A stretch of DNA of 64,000 bases. Origin: Micavibrio sp. (GTDB lineage: Bacteria; Pseudomonadota; Alphaproteobacteria; UBA2400). Shown in pieces: positions 10,608 through 20,164 of this stretch; position 1 is the stretch's first letter; every line of letters starts with the position of its first letter. Made by a program: the position numbers and the translations under genes. The notes beneath the pieces are model-generated. The model did not search any database and had not been told where the DNA came from. It was given only the letters and a program-made list of their open reading frames with translations. The stretch covers positions 64,156-128,155 of the forward strand of contig JBEIQE010000005.1 of assembly GCA_040376705.1 (NCBI GenBank), in the 5' to 3' direction.

Positions 10608-10847
10608 TCAGGTCCACTCACCATTCGGGTCGGCCCATAAAAGAATATCGCGATAGTCTTTGGCTGCCTGCTGCACAAAGTGTTCTACTTTAGAAATGTC
10701 ATGATCGCTCAAAACCACTATGCACATTTGTATGCGGTGTGCCTCTTCACCCTTATAGGTGTTCAGAACCTGCATAACCTCTTGCACCTTATTCGCTGGA
10801 AAAGCAGCTGTTACAGCAGCCTCTATATCCTCTGACGTAACTGGCAT
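10608..10847 (-). CDS. Hypothetical protein, 79 aa, AT-richer than flanks
   Basis: Strong RBS (GGAGG) just after the gshB stop; ends A..DYRDILLWA. Confidence 0.7.
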   Translation of the reverse strand: MPVTSEDIEAAVTAAFPANKVQEVMQVLNTYKGEEAHRIQMCIVVLSDHDISKVEHFVQQAAKDYRDILLWADPNGEWT

Positions 10848-10855
10848 ACCGCCTC

Positions 10856-11800
10856 CTAACGCCTCAAGCGCTTCTCAACCGCATTCCAGACGAGTGCCTC
10901 AATCTGCACATCGTCAAGCTTGTTAGCCTGCGCGATGCCGGTGGGCGAAGTCACGTTAATCTCGGTGAGATAGCCACCAATCACATCAATACCCACAAAC
11001 AGCAGGCCCATATCACGCAGCACAGGGCCGATGGTGGCGATGATTTCGCGCTCACGCTCGGTGAGTATAACCTTCTCGAGGGTTGAGCCGGTACGCATGG
11101 CGGCGCGTGCTTCGCCTTCAGCGGGCACACGCGCAAAACCGCCTACGTATTCGCCTTCAACCAATATGAGGCGGCGGTCGCCTTGGCGTACCTCAGGCAG
11201 GTAGCGCTGCACAATCAATGGCTCAATCGTGGCTGCCATCAATGTTTCAAATGCCGAACCAAAGTTCTCATCGTCCGGCTTAATATGAAATACGCCGTGG
11301 CCCGCATGGCCGTTGATGGGTTTAATAATGATATCCGCGTGCGCATCGCGGAAGGCATTTACAGCCCCGCGATCACGCGTGATGAGCGTGGGGGGAATGA
11401 AATCAGGAAAACGCAGCACCAGCATTTTCTCGGGCGCATCGCGGATGCTGCGCGGGTTGTTGAGCACCAGCACCTGATCTGCAATCAACTCGAGCAGATG
11501 CAGCGAGGCGATATAGGCTACATCAAACGGGGGGTCCTGCCGCACCCAGATTACATCCATCCCGCCCAGATCAATTGTCTCGCGCGGGCCGACGACATGG
11601 CTTTTCTCCGGCGGGTTGAGGCCTGTTACTTTATAGGCGGGAGCACTGAGCACGCCCGGCTGCCAGCTCAGGTCTTTCGCTTCATAGAAATAAACATCGG
11701 CCCCGCGGCGGCCAGCTTCGGCAGCAATGCGAATGGAAGAGTCGGAAGCAAAATTGGCGCTGGCAAGCGGGTCCATTTGTATGGCCACCTGCAGCGCCAT
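10856..11800 (-). CDS. gshB: Glutathione synthetase
   Basis: AIQMDP, RQDPPFD, PEK, GIDVIGGYLTEINVTSPTG. Confidence 0.97.
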   Translation of the reverse strand: MALQVAIQMDPLASANFASDSSIRIAAEAGRRGADVYFYEAKDLSWQPGVLSAPAYKVTGLNPPEKSHVVGPRETIDLGGMDVIWVRQDPPFDVAYIASLHLLELIADQVLVLNNPRSIRDAPEKMLVLRFPDFIPPTLITRDRGAVNAFRDAHADIIIKPINGHAGHGVFHIKPDDENFGSAFETLMAATIEPLIVQRYLPEVRQGDRRLILVEGEYVGGFARVPAEGEARAAMRTGSTLEKVILTEREREIIATIGPVLRDMGLLFVGIDVIGGYLTEINVTSPTGIAQANKLDDVQIEALVWNAVEKRLRR

Positions 11801-11803
11801 CGC

Positions 11804-12670
11804 TTAGGCACCTGTGCTTGCGGTAAGCGCGCGCAACTGGTCAATCAGCGAGGCGGTCTGCCCGCGCATCGGATCATCGCCTGACAATGTCAGGTAGTTC
11901 TCGAGCGCAATAATCGCGCGGTGCTCTTCGCCAAGACGGGCCAGCGTGAGGCCGAATTCGCGCCACCAGATGGCGCGCTCGGGCGTGAGCAGCAGCATCG
12001 CTTCCATGATTTCGGCCGCAGCCTCATCCATACCGGCGCGCACATAACGCATCTTCAGGTTATTCTGCAGACGCAGCAGCACGTCTTTATTGCCAATCGG
12101 CAGGTAATACTCGGGCAGCAATTCGGCTTCTGGGCCCAGCTTGGCTTTAACCAGCTCGCGCATGCGCGGCACGGCCACGATATCGCCGCGCTCGAACGGA
12201 TCGATAATCAGACGGCGGCCATTGAACTCAAGACGCACCAGAAAATGTTCAGGGAAGTTAAGTCCAACTGCTGACCAGCCATTGGCGCGCGCGGCAGCGA
12301 GGTAAATAATACCAAGCGCAACCGGCAAGCCGCGGCGGCGGTCTACCACCTTCATGAGGTTGGCGTTATCCGGTGAATCATACGTGGCTTCATCGCCCTC
12401 ATAGCCATGGCGAATGGCGATCACTTCACGCAAAATTGCAGCTATCTGCTCGACCCGCACCGGCTTGACGCTTTGCGTCATCTGCGCAACTTCGGCCCCC
12501 AAGCGGTCAAGATGCTCGCGGTAAGCAAATGTATCGCGGCGCGGCAAACGGAGTGAAGCAAAAGCCAGGGCCACCGCTCCCAGATCGATCAGATCGTCCG
12601 GCACTTCAGACCATGCGCGCAATTCTTCCTGCGCCTGATTCTTGGTGGGGATGCTGACCAGCACGGTCAT
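11804..12670 (-). CDS. SirB1-family transglutaminase-like/TPR protein
   Basis: Y.SP.NANL..V.DRRRGLPVAL, NFPEHFLVR, IDPF, RLQNNLK, C-terminal TPR. Confidence 0.9.
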   Translation of the reverse strand: MTVLVSIPTKNQAQEELRAWSEVPDDLIDLGAVALAFASLRLPRRDTFAYREHLDRLGAEVAQMTQSVKPVRVEQIAAILREVIAIRHGYEGDEATYDSPDNANLMKVVDRRRGLPVALGIIYLAAARANGWSAVGLNFPEHFLVRLEFNGRRLIIDPFERGDIVAVPRMRELVKAKLGPEAELLPEYYLPIGNKDVLLRLQNNLKMRYVRAGMDEAAAEIMEAMLLLTPERAIWWREFGLTLARLGEEHRAIIALENYLTLSGDDPMRGQTASLIDQLRALTASTGA

Positions 12671-13251
12671 TGGGTGTTCTCCGTTACGTCGATAAAGGCC
12701 TCGACCGATTTAACACCGGGGAAATACCGGGCCAGATACATGACCCGCTGCCTCTCCCGCGTACTCTCGGCCTCACCTATGACGTAAACTGTACCATCAT
12801 TTGTTTCAACATCATAGTTGAGAGCCTTCACATCGCGATCGAAGGTATAGACACCCTCGAGTCGCAGCGAGATTGACTCATCGGCAAGCCGTGTCCCCAG
12901 GCTGCGGTCGGGCCCGATTGTGAGTCTATTCACGGGGTTAACCGCTCCAGCCTTGATGGCCAGTTCTTCAGCTAATGTTTTAAGTTCCTGCGAGGGCACC
13001 CGCCCGATGATAACGACTCGGCCTTTGCTGATCATCAGCGAAGCGCGTTCATAGAGCTGAATGGAATGATGGAACCACGATTCGTTGATGGCGAGGCGTA
13101 ACTGGTAATCGGTTAGTGCACCAGAAAGGCCGCGCTCCTGCATACTGGCGGTGCCGGCAGCACCACCTGCGCCCAACAGAAAATCACGCGGCGTGCAGGC
13201 GGTTAACAGCAATAGAAAGGCTATCAGCCCGGCTTGAGCGCGATCTGGCAT
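12667..13251 (-). CDS. BON-domain lipoprotein (YraP/DolP-like)
   Basis: Lipobox LTAC, two BON-like repeats, in the yraN neighbourhood. Confidence 0.85.
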   Translation of the reverse strand: MPDRAQAGLIAFLLLLTACTPRDFLLGAGGAAGTASMQERGLSGALTDYQLRLAINESWFHHSIQLYERASLMISKGRVVIIGRVPSQELKTLAEELAIKAGAVNPVNRLTIGPDRSLGTRLADESISLRLEGVYTFDRDVKALNYDVETNDGTVYVIGEAESTRERQRVMYLARYFPGVKSVEAFIDVTENTQ

Positions 13252-14135
13252 GTATCTCCATCCCGCACAGTGGCTTGCAGTGTCACATTATGGCCATTCC
13301 AGCTCACGCGCTTGCTCGAGCCGGTGGCAATACGCTGACTAACCATGCCGTTACCGCCCACAATACAATAACGCCCGCTGTTACGGCGGCTAATCGCAAT
13401 CAGGCGAATGTGATAACCACTTACATCGCGTTCGTCGCCTACATCGAGCGTCACAGTCTGGGCGCCAGCCAGTGCAGTGGTTGGCCCGCTAATGGTACCC
13501 AGGGCACCGGTGCCAATCGTCTCAACTGTAGGCACCGTACCGGTGGGGCGCGGCGGGCTGCGGCGCGGCTTGGGCGGCCAGTTTTGCGGCCATACGAACG
13601 GTGTGGGCGATACCACATTAGGCGGCGCGATAGTGGTGCTGGCGGGGCTGGGGGCAGCACTGGTATTGGGCGGTGTAGGCTCAGTTGGCGGGGTAATGCC
13701 CGTATCATCGGGCGCAAGATCAGCAGGAGGCATAACACTGGCTGGGGCCACGGGCTGATCTACCGCACGGCCCGGAGGCGGCTTGGGCAGGGGCGGACCA
13801 TCGCCTGCAGGAGCCTGTTGCGCAGCTGATTCAGTCGCGCGGCGCAAACGCTCGAGCGAGGAATTGCAGTTCGAGAGGCGGCTCTCAAGCTCTTCGCGCT
13901 GGCCATTCTGCAAACCCCGCGCAGGCGGGCAAACCGGCTGCCGCGCCTGCAGCGCGGCAACTTCGGCTTTAAGCTGCACAATCTCGCGCACATGCGGGCG
14001 CTCGACAAAAAAGTAAAATGCAAATGCACCGATACAGATGCCGATAACTAGGCTCGAAACAAATACCTTCAGCTCGCGCGATGAATCTTCATCGGCATAG
14101 ACAGAGTAGTTCGGTCGGCGGTGTTTACGGGCCAT
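13224..14135 (-). CDS. Hypothetical membrane-anchored Pro-rich protein
   Basis: One N-terminal TM helix, coiled coil, long Pro/Thr linker, small C-terminal beta domain with two Cys. Confidence 0.75.
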   Translation of the reverse strand: MARKHRRPNYSVYADEDSSRELKVFVSSLVIGICIGAFAFYFFVERPHVREIVQLKAEVAALQARQPVCPPARGLQNGQREELESRLSNCNSSLERLRRATESAAQQAPAGDGPPLPKPPPGRAVDQPVAPASVMPPADLAPDDTGITPPTEPTPPNTSAAPSPASTTIAPPNVVSPTPFVWPQNWPPKPRRSPPRPTGTVPTVETIGTGALGTISGPTTALAGAQTVTLDVGDERDVSGYHIRLIAISRRNSGRYCIVGGNGMVSQRIATGSSKRVSWNGHNVTLQATVRDGDTCQIALKPG

Positions 14136-14475
14136 CGTTCCACACGTTTACTACATGGCGCGGCCAACCCCAACGGTTAACCAGCAACGCATCGAATCGC
14201 ACACTATGGTTGCTTAACTCGGGCCGTTGCGCCAGCACAAAGCGCGCAGCATTGACTAATCTGTGCTGCTGGCGCGGCGAAATAGCCCCTGCTGCATTAT
14301 CAAATGTAAAACGCTGTTTTACTTCAACCACAGCCACGGTACTGCCGCGCTTGGCCAGAATGTCAATCTCGCCACCGGGGGTTTTAAGGCGGCGCGCTAA
14401 AATGCGGTAGCCTTTGAGCTGCAGCAGCCATGCCGCCACTCTCTCGGCTGACAGGCCTGCCGCATGATTGCTCAT
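14125..14475 (-). CDS. yraN: YraN family (UPF0102) endonuclease-like protein
   Basis: G..AE..A..LL..KGY.IL, GEIDILA, VEVKQR, RFD. Confidence 0.92.
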   Translation of the reverse strand: MSNHAAGLSAERVAAWLLQLKGYRILARRLKTPGGEIDILAKRGSTVAVVEVKQRFTFDNAAGAISPRQQHRLVNAARFVLAQRPELSNHSVRFDALLVNRWGWPRHVVNVWNDGP

Positions 14476-15365
14476 GCCTTGCCCTGCTCCAGCGCTACCG
14501 CGCGCGCATAAACCTCGCGCTTGGGCAAACCTGTGCGCGCTGTAACCACCGCTACGGCGTCTTTCAGGCTGCCCAGCTTCAGCTCGGCCTTCAGCAATCC
14601 ATCAAGGTCATGCTCTTCATCCTGTGGCAGCGGAGGCGCGATCACCAAAACCACTTCGCCACGCACATCCTTGCCCTCATATCTGGCGGCCAGCTCTTCA
14701 AGCGGCGCGCGCACAACTTCTTCATGCAGTTTGGTGATCTCGCGCACCAAAGCAGCCTCGCGATTACCCAGCACCTTATACATATCGGCCAATGTCTCAG
14801 ACACGCGGTTGGGGCTTTCGTAGAAAATCAGCGTGGCAGGCACGTTGGCGAGGGCCGAGAGCTCGCTGCGGCGCGCACCGGTCTTAACAGGTAAAAAACC
14901 TATAAAGCAGAAGCGTTCACTGGCGATGCCGCTAATAGATAAGGCAGAGAGTGCCGCATTTGCACCCGGCACGACGGTAACTTTAAAGCCGGCCATTTGC
15001 ACAGCTTTAACTAAAGGTGCGCCGGGATCAGAGATTAAGGGCATACCTGCATCACTGATCATGGCCACCACACCGCCAGCCGCAATAGTGGCCAATATCT
15101 CAGGCAAACGCTCCATCTGGTTATGCTCATGGCAGCTCACCAGCTTGGTGTTGATGCCGTAATGCTCGGTCAGCTTGCGCGAGACGCGCGTGTCTTCACA
15201 CAAAATAATTGCTGCTTCCTGCAGCGTCTCGATGGCACGCAGGGTCATGTCGCCCAAGTTGCCAATAGGTGTCGCTACCAGATAAAACCCGCGTGTGAGT
15301 TTACAGCTGAGCTTGGGGCCGCTAGTTTGGGGAGGATTTTCTTCAGGAGACAGCTGTGCGCACAT
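14472..15365 (-). CDS. rsmI: 16S rRNA C1402 2'-O-methyltransferase (start uncertain)
   Basis: YLVATPIGNLGD.T.RA, CEDTR, SDAGMPLISDPG, FYESPNR, RE.TKLHEE. Confidence 0.96.
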   Translation of the reverse strand: MCAQLSPEENPPQTSGPKLSCKLTRGFYLVATPIGNLGDMTLRAIETLQEAAIILCEDTRVSRKLTEHYGINTKLVSCHEHNQMERLPEILATIAAGGVVAMISDAGMPLISDPGAPLVKAVQMAGFKVTVVPGANAALSALSISGIASERFCFIGFLPVKTGARRSELSALANVPATLIFYESPNRVSETLADMYKVLGNREAALVREITKLHEEVVRAPLEELAARYEGKDVRGEVVLVIAPPLPQDEEHDLDGLLKAELKLGSLKDAVAVVTARTGLPKREVYARAVALEQGKA

Positions 15366-16546
15366 TCCCCCTTCTTACCACTGTTCTGCTCTCTGTCAGC
15401 CTCCCAGCTTTGCTTTCTGGCTGCGCCCCTACCGTTAATTCGCAAAGCCGTGGCGAAGCGACCAGCAGCTATACCGCGCCAGCGCCGGTAGAAGCCGTGC
15501 GCCCCGCCGCCGAAGCCACCACCAAAGTTGCCATATTGCTGCCGCTTTCGGGCCCGCAAGCCAATATCGGCCAAAGCCTGCTCAATGCAGCCCAGCTGGC
15601 AGTTTACGATGTAGGCGGCGAGAAATTTGCCCTGCTGCCACAAGATACCCAAGGCACTCCTGAAGGCGCGAGTGCTGCCGCCCAACGTGCACTGGCCGAT
15701 GGTGCACAGCTGTTTATTGGCCCCGTCTTCGCGCCCGAGGTTGAGGCTGTGCGCGCCTTGGCCCACCAGCGCAACATCCCCATTCTGGCCCTTAGCAATA
15801 ACGAGAACCTGACTGATACGTTCACTTATGTCATGGGCCTCTCGCCGCTCGATCAGGTGGGCCGCGCCCTGCAACACGCCAAGCGTCAGGGTATTAGTCG
15901 CGTCGCTGCCCTGCTGCCCAATAACCCGTACGGACAAGCAGTGAGCGAAGCCATAAGCGAAGAGGCCGAACTGCAGGGCCTGCAGCTGGTCAAGCTCGCG
16001 CGCTATAGCGCAACGGATAACCTCACGGTCACAGCGCAAACCTTCATGACCGAGTTGAACGCCGCAGGCGGCGCGCAGGCGCTGATGTTTGGCGAGAATG
16101 GCGCCGGCCTGCTCAATATTGCCGGTCAGCTGGCGGCGAATGGTTATAACCCTGCCATCACGCGTCCGCTTGGCACAGCCCTGTGGGAAGATGGCAGCGC
16201 CACCCGCAGTACAGCGCTGGTTGGTGGCTGGTATGCCGCGCCCGCGGGCACCCAGCGCCGTGCGTTCAACGCCCGTTATGCGCAAACCTTTGGTGGCAAC
16301 CCGCCCGCCATTGCACCGCTGGCTTATGATTCAACCGCACTGGCCGCTGTGCTCTCGCGCAGTGATGCCCGCTTTACCGAGCAGCGCATGACTGACCCCA
16401 TGGGCTTTAATGGTGTAGATGGCATCTTCCGTCTGCACCCGAGCGGCAATGTTGAGCGCGGCTTGGCCGTGTTTGAAGTTGGCCCTGCAGGCAACCAGCT
16501 GATTGATGCTGCACCGCTGACCTTTGCCACAGCGCAGACCAACTAA
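15356..16546 (+). CDS. Penicillin-binding protein activator LpoA/LppC-like lipoprotein
   Basis: Lipobox LLSGC, KVAILLPLSG, AYDSTALA, GFNGVDGIFR...G.VERGLAV; divergent from rsmI. Confidence 0.88.
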   Translation: MRTFPLLTTVLLSVSLPALLSGCAPTVNSQSRGEATSSYTAPAPVEAVRPAAEATTKVAILLPLSGPQANIGQSLLNAAQLAVYDVGGEKFALLPQDTQGTPEGASAAAQRALADGAQLFIGPVFAPEVEAVRALAHQRNIPILALSNNENLTDTFTYVMGLSPLDQVGRALQHAKRQGISRVAALLPNNPYGQAVSEAISEEAELQGLQLVKLARYSATDNLTVTAQTFMTELNAAGGAQALMFGENGAGLLNIAGQLAANGYNPAITRPLGTALWEDGSATRSTALVGGWYAAPAGTQRRAFNARYAQTFGGNPPAIAPLAYDSTALAAVLSRSDARFTEQRMTDPMGFNGVDGIFRLHPSGNVERGLAVFEVGPAGNQLIDAAPLTFATAQTN

Positions 16547-17532
16547 GCGCGCACAGCCTTAAGTACCCAGAACTGGCGGTTTTCGGCAATCACCTCAACC
16601 GGGCCGATGGCCTTGGCCATGGCTTCTTTATACGGCAGGAAACGGTTAGCTACCACATAGATAGCCCCGCCCTTGACCAGCTTTTCGCGCGCAGCGATAA
16701 AGAGGTTATCGACGATCTGCCGGTCAATCTTCTGCCCCGTATGGAACGGCGGGTTGGTAACAATCGCATCAAGCGGCCCCGGCACCGGCGTAAGGCCGGG
16801 CGCAATATGCACAACAACACCAGCTACACCGTTGGCTTTAAGCGTGCTTTTGGTGGCGGCATAGGCCAGTGCGTTGATGTCTGACGCACTGACATTCAGC
16901 ATCGGCTGGCGTACACGCAGCCAGGTCGCGATGATGCCGCAACCGCAACCAAAGTCATGTACGCGTGCTCCGTCCTTAAACTTGGGCAGGTTCTCGAGCA
17001 GCAACTTGGTACCGTCATCGACCTCGCCATAACTGAACACGCCGGGCAACGAGATGAGGATAAGCTCCTGACCTGCCACTTCCTGAATGAAGCGATGCTC
17101 CCATGCCTCAATCCCGCGTGGGGGGGCGCTTTCGGCCAGCTCGGCAAACCATAGTTCGGCATGACCGCCATAAGCTGCCTTCTGCACATTGGTCCAGTTA
17201 CTACCGAGCACATTCGCGGCTGAGGCAATACCAGAGCGCGCAGCACCGAACATCCACAGCCTTGTACCTACGGGGAGCTTTTCGGCCAGCATGGCCAACT
17301 GCATGCGCACTTGTTCTTTGTGGTGTGACCAACCCAACATAACGCCAGCGACATTAAGGCTGGCAGGTTTAAGCCATGGCTCTTTGAGCGTAGTGAAAAC
17401 GATGGGGGAGATATCCGGCCGCTCATGTGGCAGCTGCTGGGCAACTTCGCTCGCTTCAACAAACAGCACCTTGCCGGCAGGCAACTTGGCCACAGCCTGT
17501 GCCAGAACCCAGCGAAAATCAGCGGTACTCAT
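16543..17532 (-). CDS. rsmC: RsmC-like class I SAM methyltransferase
   Basis: PGVFS...D.GT.LLL, DFGCGCG, TNPPFH, VANRFLPY. Confidence 0.82.
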   Translation of the reverse strand: MSTADFRWVLAQAVAKLPAGKVLFVEASEVAQQLPHERPDISPIVFTTLKEPWLKPASLNVAGVMLGWSHHKEQVRMQLAMLAEKLPVGTRLWMFGAARSGIASAANVLGSNWTNVQKAAYGGHAELWFAELAESAPPRGIEAWEHRFIQEVAGQELILISLPGVFSYGEVDDGTKLLLENLPKFKDGARVHDFGCGCGIIATWLRVRQPMLNVSASDINALAYAATKSTLKANGVAGVVVHIAPGLTPVPGPLDAIVTNPPFHTGQKIDRQIVDNLFIAAREKLVKGGAIYVVANRFLPYKEAMAKAIGPVEVIAENRQFWVLKAVRA

Positions 17533-17550
17533 GAAGGAGAAGCTCTAAAA

Positions 17551-17585
17551 AGAAAAATCCCTTCCCCCAGAAACAGGGGAAGGGA
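17551..17585 (-). terminator. Rho-independent terminator after the DUF4167 gene
   Basis: TCCCTTCCCC/GGGGAAGGGA 10-bp stem (17558-17585) followed by a T-tract on the minus strand. Confidence 0.8.
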
Positions 17586-17598
17586 AATTAGGGTGACT

Positions 17599-18075
17599 TT
17601 AAGCTACCGCAGCTTCAGGCTGAGGCTGCTGGGTCATATCAACGGTTGTTGTTGTCGCTTGGGTGCTGGGCTGCGGCATCTGTGATGGGTCTTCCATCAT
17701 GGTGCCGTCCTGCTGGATCTCGGCCTGTTCGCCTTCCTGGGCTGAACGCTGCTGGTAGATCTCACCAGTCGCTTCCTGAATTGACAGAACGATGCGGTAA
17801 TAATGTTCGGAATGCTGCAGAAGGCTTTCGGCCTTCACACGGTCGCCCGAGGCCTGCGCATCACGCGCGAGGTTCAGGTACTTCTCGTAAACCTGCATGG
17901 CATTGCCGCGAATACGCACTTCGGGGCCATTTGAATCGTAAACCTGATGACGGCTCGGAGCGCCACCGCTAGGACGACGGCTGCCGCCACCGCTGTAGTT
18001 GCCACCACCGCCACCACCATTGTAATTGCCCTGGCTGCCTTGACCGTTGCCGCCGCGACCGCGTGTACGCCTCAT
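17599..18075 (-). CDS. DUF4167 domain protein
   Basis: YDSNGPEVRIRGNA.QVYEKYL.LARDA..SGDRV.AE...QH.EHY.R; usual position after prmC. Confidence 0.92.
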   Translation of the reverse strand: MRRTRGRGGNGQGSQGNYNGGGGGGNYSGGGSRRPSGGAPSRHQVYDSNGPEVRIRGNAMQVYEKYLNLARDAQASGDRVKAESLLQHSEHYYRIVLSIQEATGEIYQQRSAQEGEQAEIQQDGTMMEDPSQMPQPSTQATTTTVDMTQQPQPEAAVA

Positions 18076-18213
18076 GGGAGTAATCTCTCTTCTATAGTGG
18101 GTTTATCCATATTCATCTGGCCGGGGTATCTTCCCGCACGGCACTGCCTGTTTGCATTAAGTCAAACCAAGCTGATATCTGAACCTAGCGGTTTGAACGC
18201 CCCATTCCAAGCT

Positions 18214-19068
18214 TTATTTTTTCTGCCGATTCAACACCATGGCGCGAGGAATATCGTTAAGATCGTGCTTAATCTCAGCGATTTCAAGGCCCGCAGCCAC
18301 CATCAGCGCGCCCACCGCCGGCCCCTGCCCTGCCCCCAGCTCAAGCACGGCAAAACCCTGTGGGTGCAACAGCCGCGGAATCTCTTCTGCCAGCAGCTTG
18401 TAACAATCGAGCCCATCTACACCGGCAACCAGTGCCAGGCGCGGGTCGTGCTGGGTCACCTCCGGCTGCAAACCGGCCATATCGCCCTCTGAAATATAGG
18501 GCGGGTTGCTGATGATGATATCAAACGGTCCTTCAAGCCCGACACCCCAATCGCCTTCACGCACCTCGGCGCGCTCATCAAACCCCAGCTCGATGAGGTT
18601 GTTGCGTGCGGTTTCAACCGCCAGCGGGTTTTTATCAATCGCCAGCCCCTTGGCATTCGGCAGCTCGTGCAGCAAAGCTGCGAGCAGGCAGCCACTGCCG
18701 GTGCCCAAATCAAGCAGGCGCAAGGGGGCTGCTTTGTTGCCTATCTCATAGAGTGCTGCCTCGATAAGCGTTTCGCTATCAGGCCGTGGCTCGAGCGTAC
18801 CGGCACTGAGCCTGAAGGGTAGACCCCAGAACTCGCGCACACCCAAGATGCGTGCCACCGGCTCATGCGCGGCGCGGCGGTTAATCAGATTGCCGTAAAT
18901 CATCAGGATATCGACCGGCACCTCCTCATCGCCCTTCATGAGCAACTCAGCACGGGTAAGGCCGCATACCGCCTGCAGCAGCAGACGTGCATCAAGCATC
19001 GGCGTATCAATGTTCGAGAATTTCAGGCGGCCCGCTGCAAGGTTTAACGCGGTTGCGTAACCCGGCAT
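18214..19068 (-). CDS. prmC: Release factor glutamine methyltransferase
   Basis: EPVARILG.REFWG, PRPDSE, LDLGTGSG, SNPPYI. Confidence 0.96.
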   Translation of the reverse strand: MPGYATALNLAAGRLKFSNIDTPMLDARLLLQAVCGLTRAELLMKGDEEVPVDILMIYGNLINRRAAHEPVARILGVREFWGLPFRLSAGTLEPRPDSETLIEAALYEIGNKAAPLRLLDLGTGSGCLLAALLHELPNAKGLAIDKNPLAVETARNNLIELGFDERAEVREGDWGVGLEGPFDIIISNPPYISEGDMAGLQPEVTQHDPRLALVAGVDGLDCYKLLAEEIPRLLHPQGFAVLELGAGQGPAVGALMVAAGLEIAEIKHDLNDIPRAMVLNRQKK

Positions 19069-20151
19069 TTACTCTGTGCCCCCAACGCCCATATCGGCCA
19101 GACGTTCGGCTTCATCCTGCTCGATCAGCAAATCGATAAACTCATCGAGATCGCCCGCCATAATATGTTCAATCGCATGCGAGGTATAGTTGATCCTGTG
19201 GTCAGTTACGCGCGACTGCGGGAAGTTATAAGTGCGAATACGTTCGGAGCGGTCGCCCGTACCCACCTGGTCGCGGCGGTGCGAGGCACGTTCATCCGCC
19301 AAACGCTGACGCTCCATTTCATACAGTTTGGCGCGGATGATCTTGATCGCTTTGGCGCGGTTCTTGATCTGCGAGCGCTCTTCCTGCATGTGCACGGTAA
19401 GACCGGTTGGTATATGCGTCATGCGCACGGCTGATTCTGTACGGTTGACGCTCTGACCGCCCGCACCGCTAGCGCGCATCACTTCTATTTTCAGGTCTTT
19501 CTCGTCGATTTTGACGTCGACCTCTTCAGCCTCAGGCATAACCGCTACGGTAATGGTCGAGGTATGTACACGGCCCTGTGATTCAGTCTTGGGCACGCGT
19601 TGTACGCGGTGCACACCCGCCTCGAACTTGAGGCGCGCGAATACACCAGCGCCGCTCACTTCGGCAGTGGCATCTTTATAGCCACCGATACCGTTATCCG
19701 AGATGTCCATGATCTCGAACTTCCAGCCACGACGCGCGGCATATCGCTGGTATGCGCCAAACATTTCAGCCGCAAACAAACCGGCTTCATCGCCGCCTGC
19801 ACCGGCACGAATTTCAAGAAAGCCGTTGCGGTCATCCGCTGCATCTTTGGGCAGCAGCATACGCTGTACTTTTTTGGTAAGTACAGGCAGCTCGGCACGC
19901 TTCTCCAGCCATTCGGCTTCGGCCATGCGGCGCATCTCAAGGTCGGCCTCGGCCTTCATCATCACTTCAAGGTCGGCTACGGCGCGCTCGGTTGAGCGCA
20001 GCTCGTTAACCGCTTCGACCAGCGGGGTAATTTCAGCATATTCCTTCGAGGCCTTGGTAAAGGCTTCGGCAGACAGACCTGTGCTCGAGAGCAGGCTTTG
20101 CAGCTCATCGTGGCGTAACAGGACGCGATGGAGATTGTCTTCCAGAGACAT
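19069..20151 (-). CDS. prfA: Peptide chain release factor 1
   Basis: HRVQRVPKTE (PxT motif), GAGGQSVN, GDRSERIRTYNFPQ. Confidence 0.97.
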   Translation of the reverse strand: MSLEDNLHRVLLRHDELQSLLSSTGLSAEAFTKASKEYAEITPLVEAVNELRSTERAVADLEVMMKAEADLEMRRMAEAEWLEKRAELPVLTKKVQRMLLPKDAADDRNGFLEIRAGAGGDEAGLFAAEMFGAYQRYAARRGWKFEIMDISDNGIGGYKDATAEVSGAGVFARLKFEAGVHRVQRVPKTESQGRVHTSTITVAVMPEAEEVDVKIDEKDLKIEVMRASGAGGQSVNRTESAVRMTHIPTGLTVHMQEERSQIKNRAKAIKIIRAKLYEMERQRLADERASHRRDQVGTGDRSERIRTYNFPQSRVTDHRINYTSHAIEHIMAGDLDEFIDLLIEQDEAERLADMGVGGTE

Positions 20152-20164
20152 AGAAAAAACTCAG

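Noticed and set aside
19069-20151. Programmed frameshift as in prfB
   Set aside because: The PxT motif identifies RF1 and the frame is continuous.
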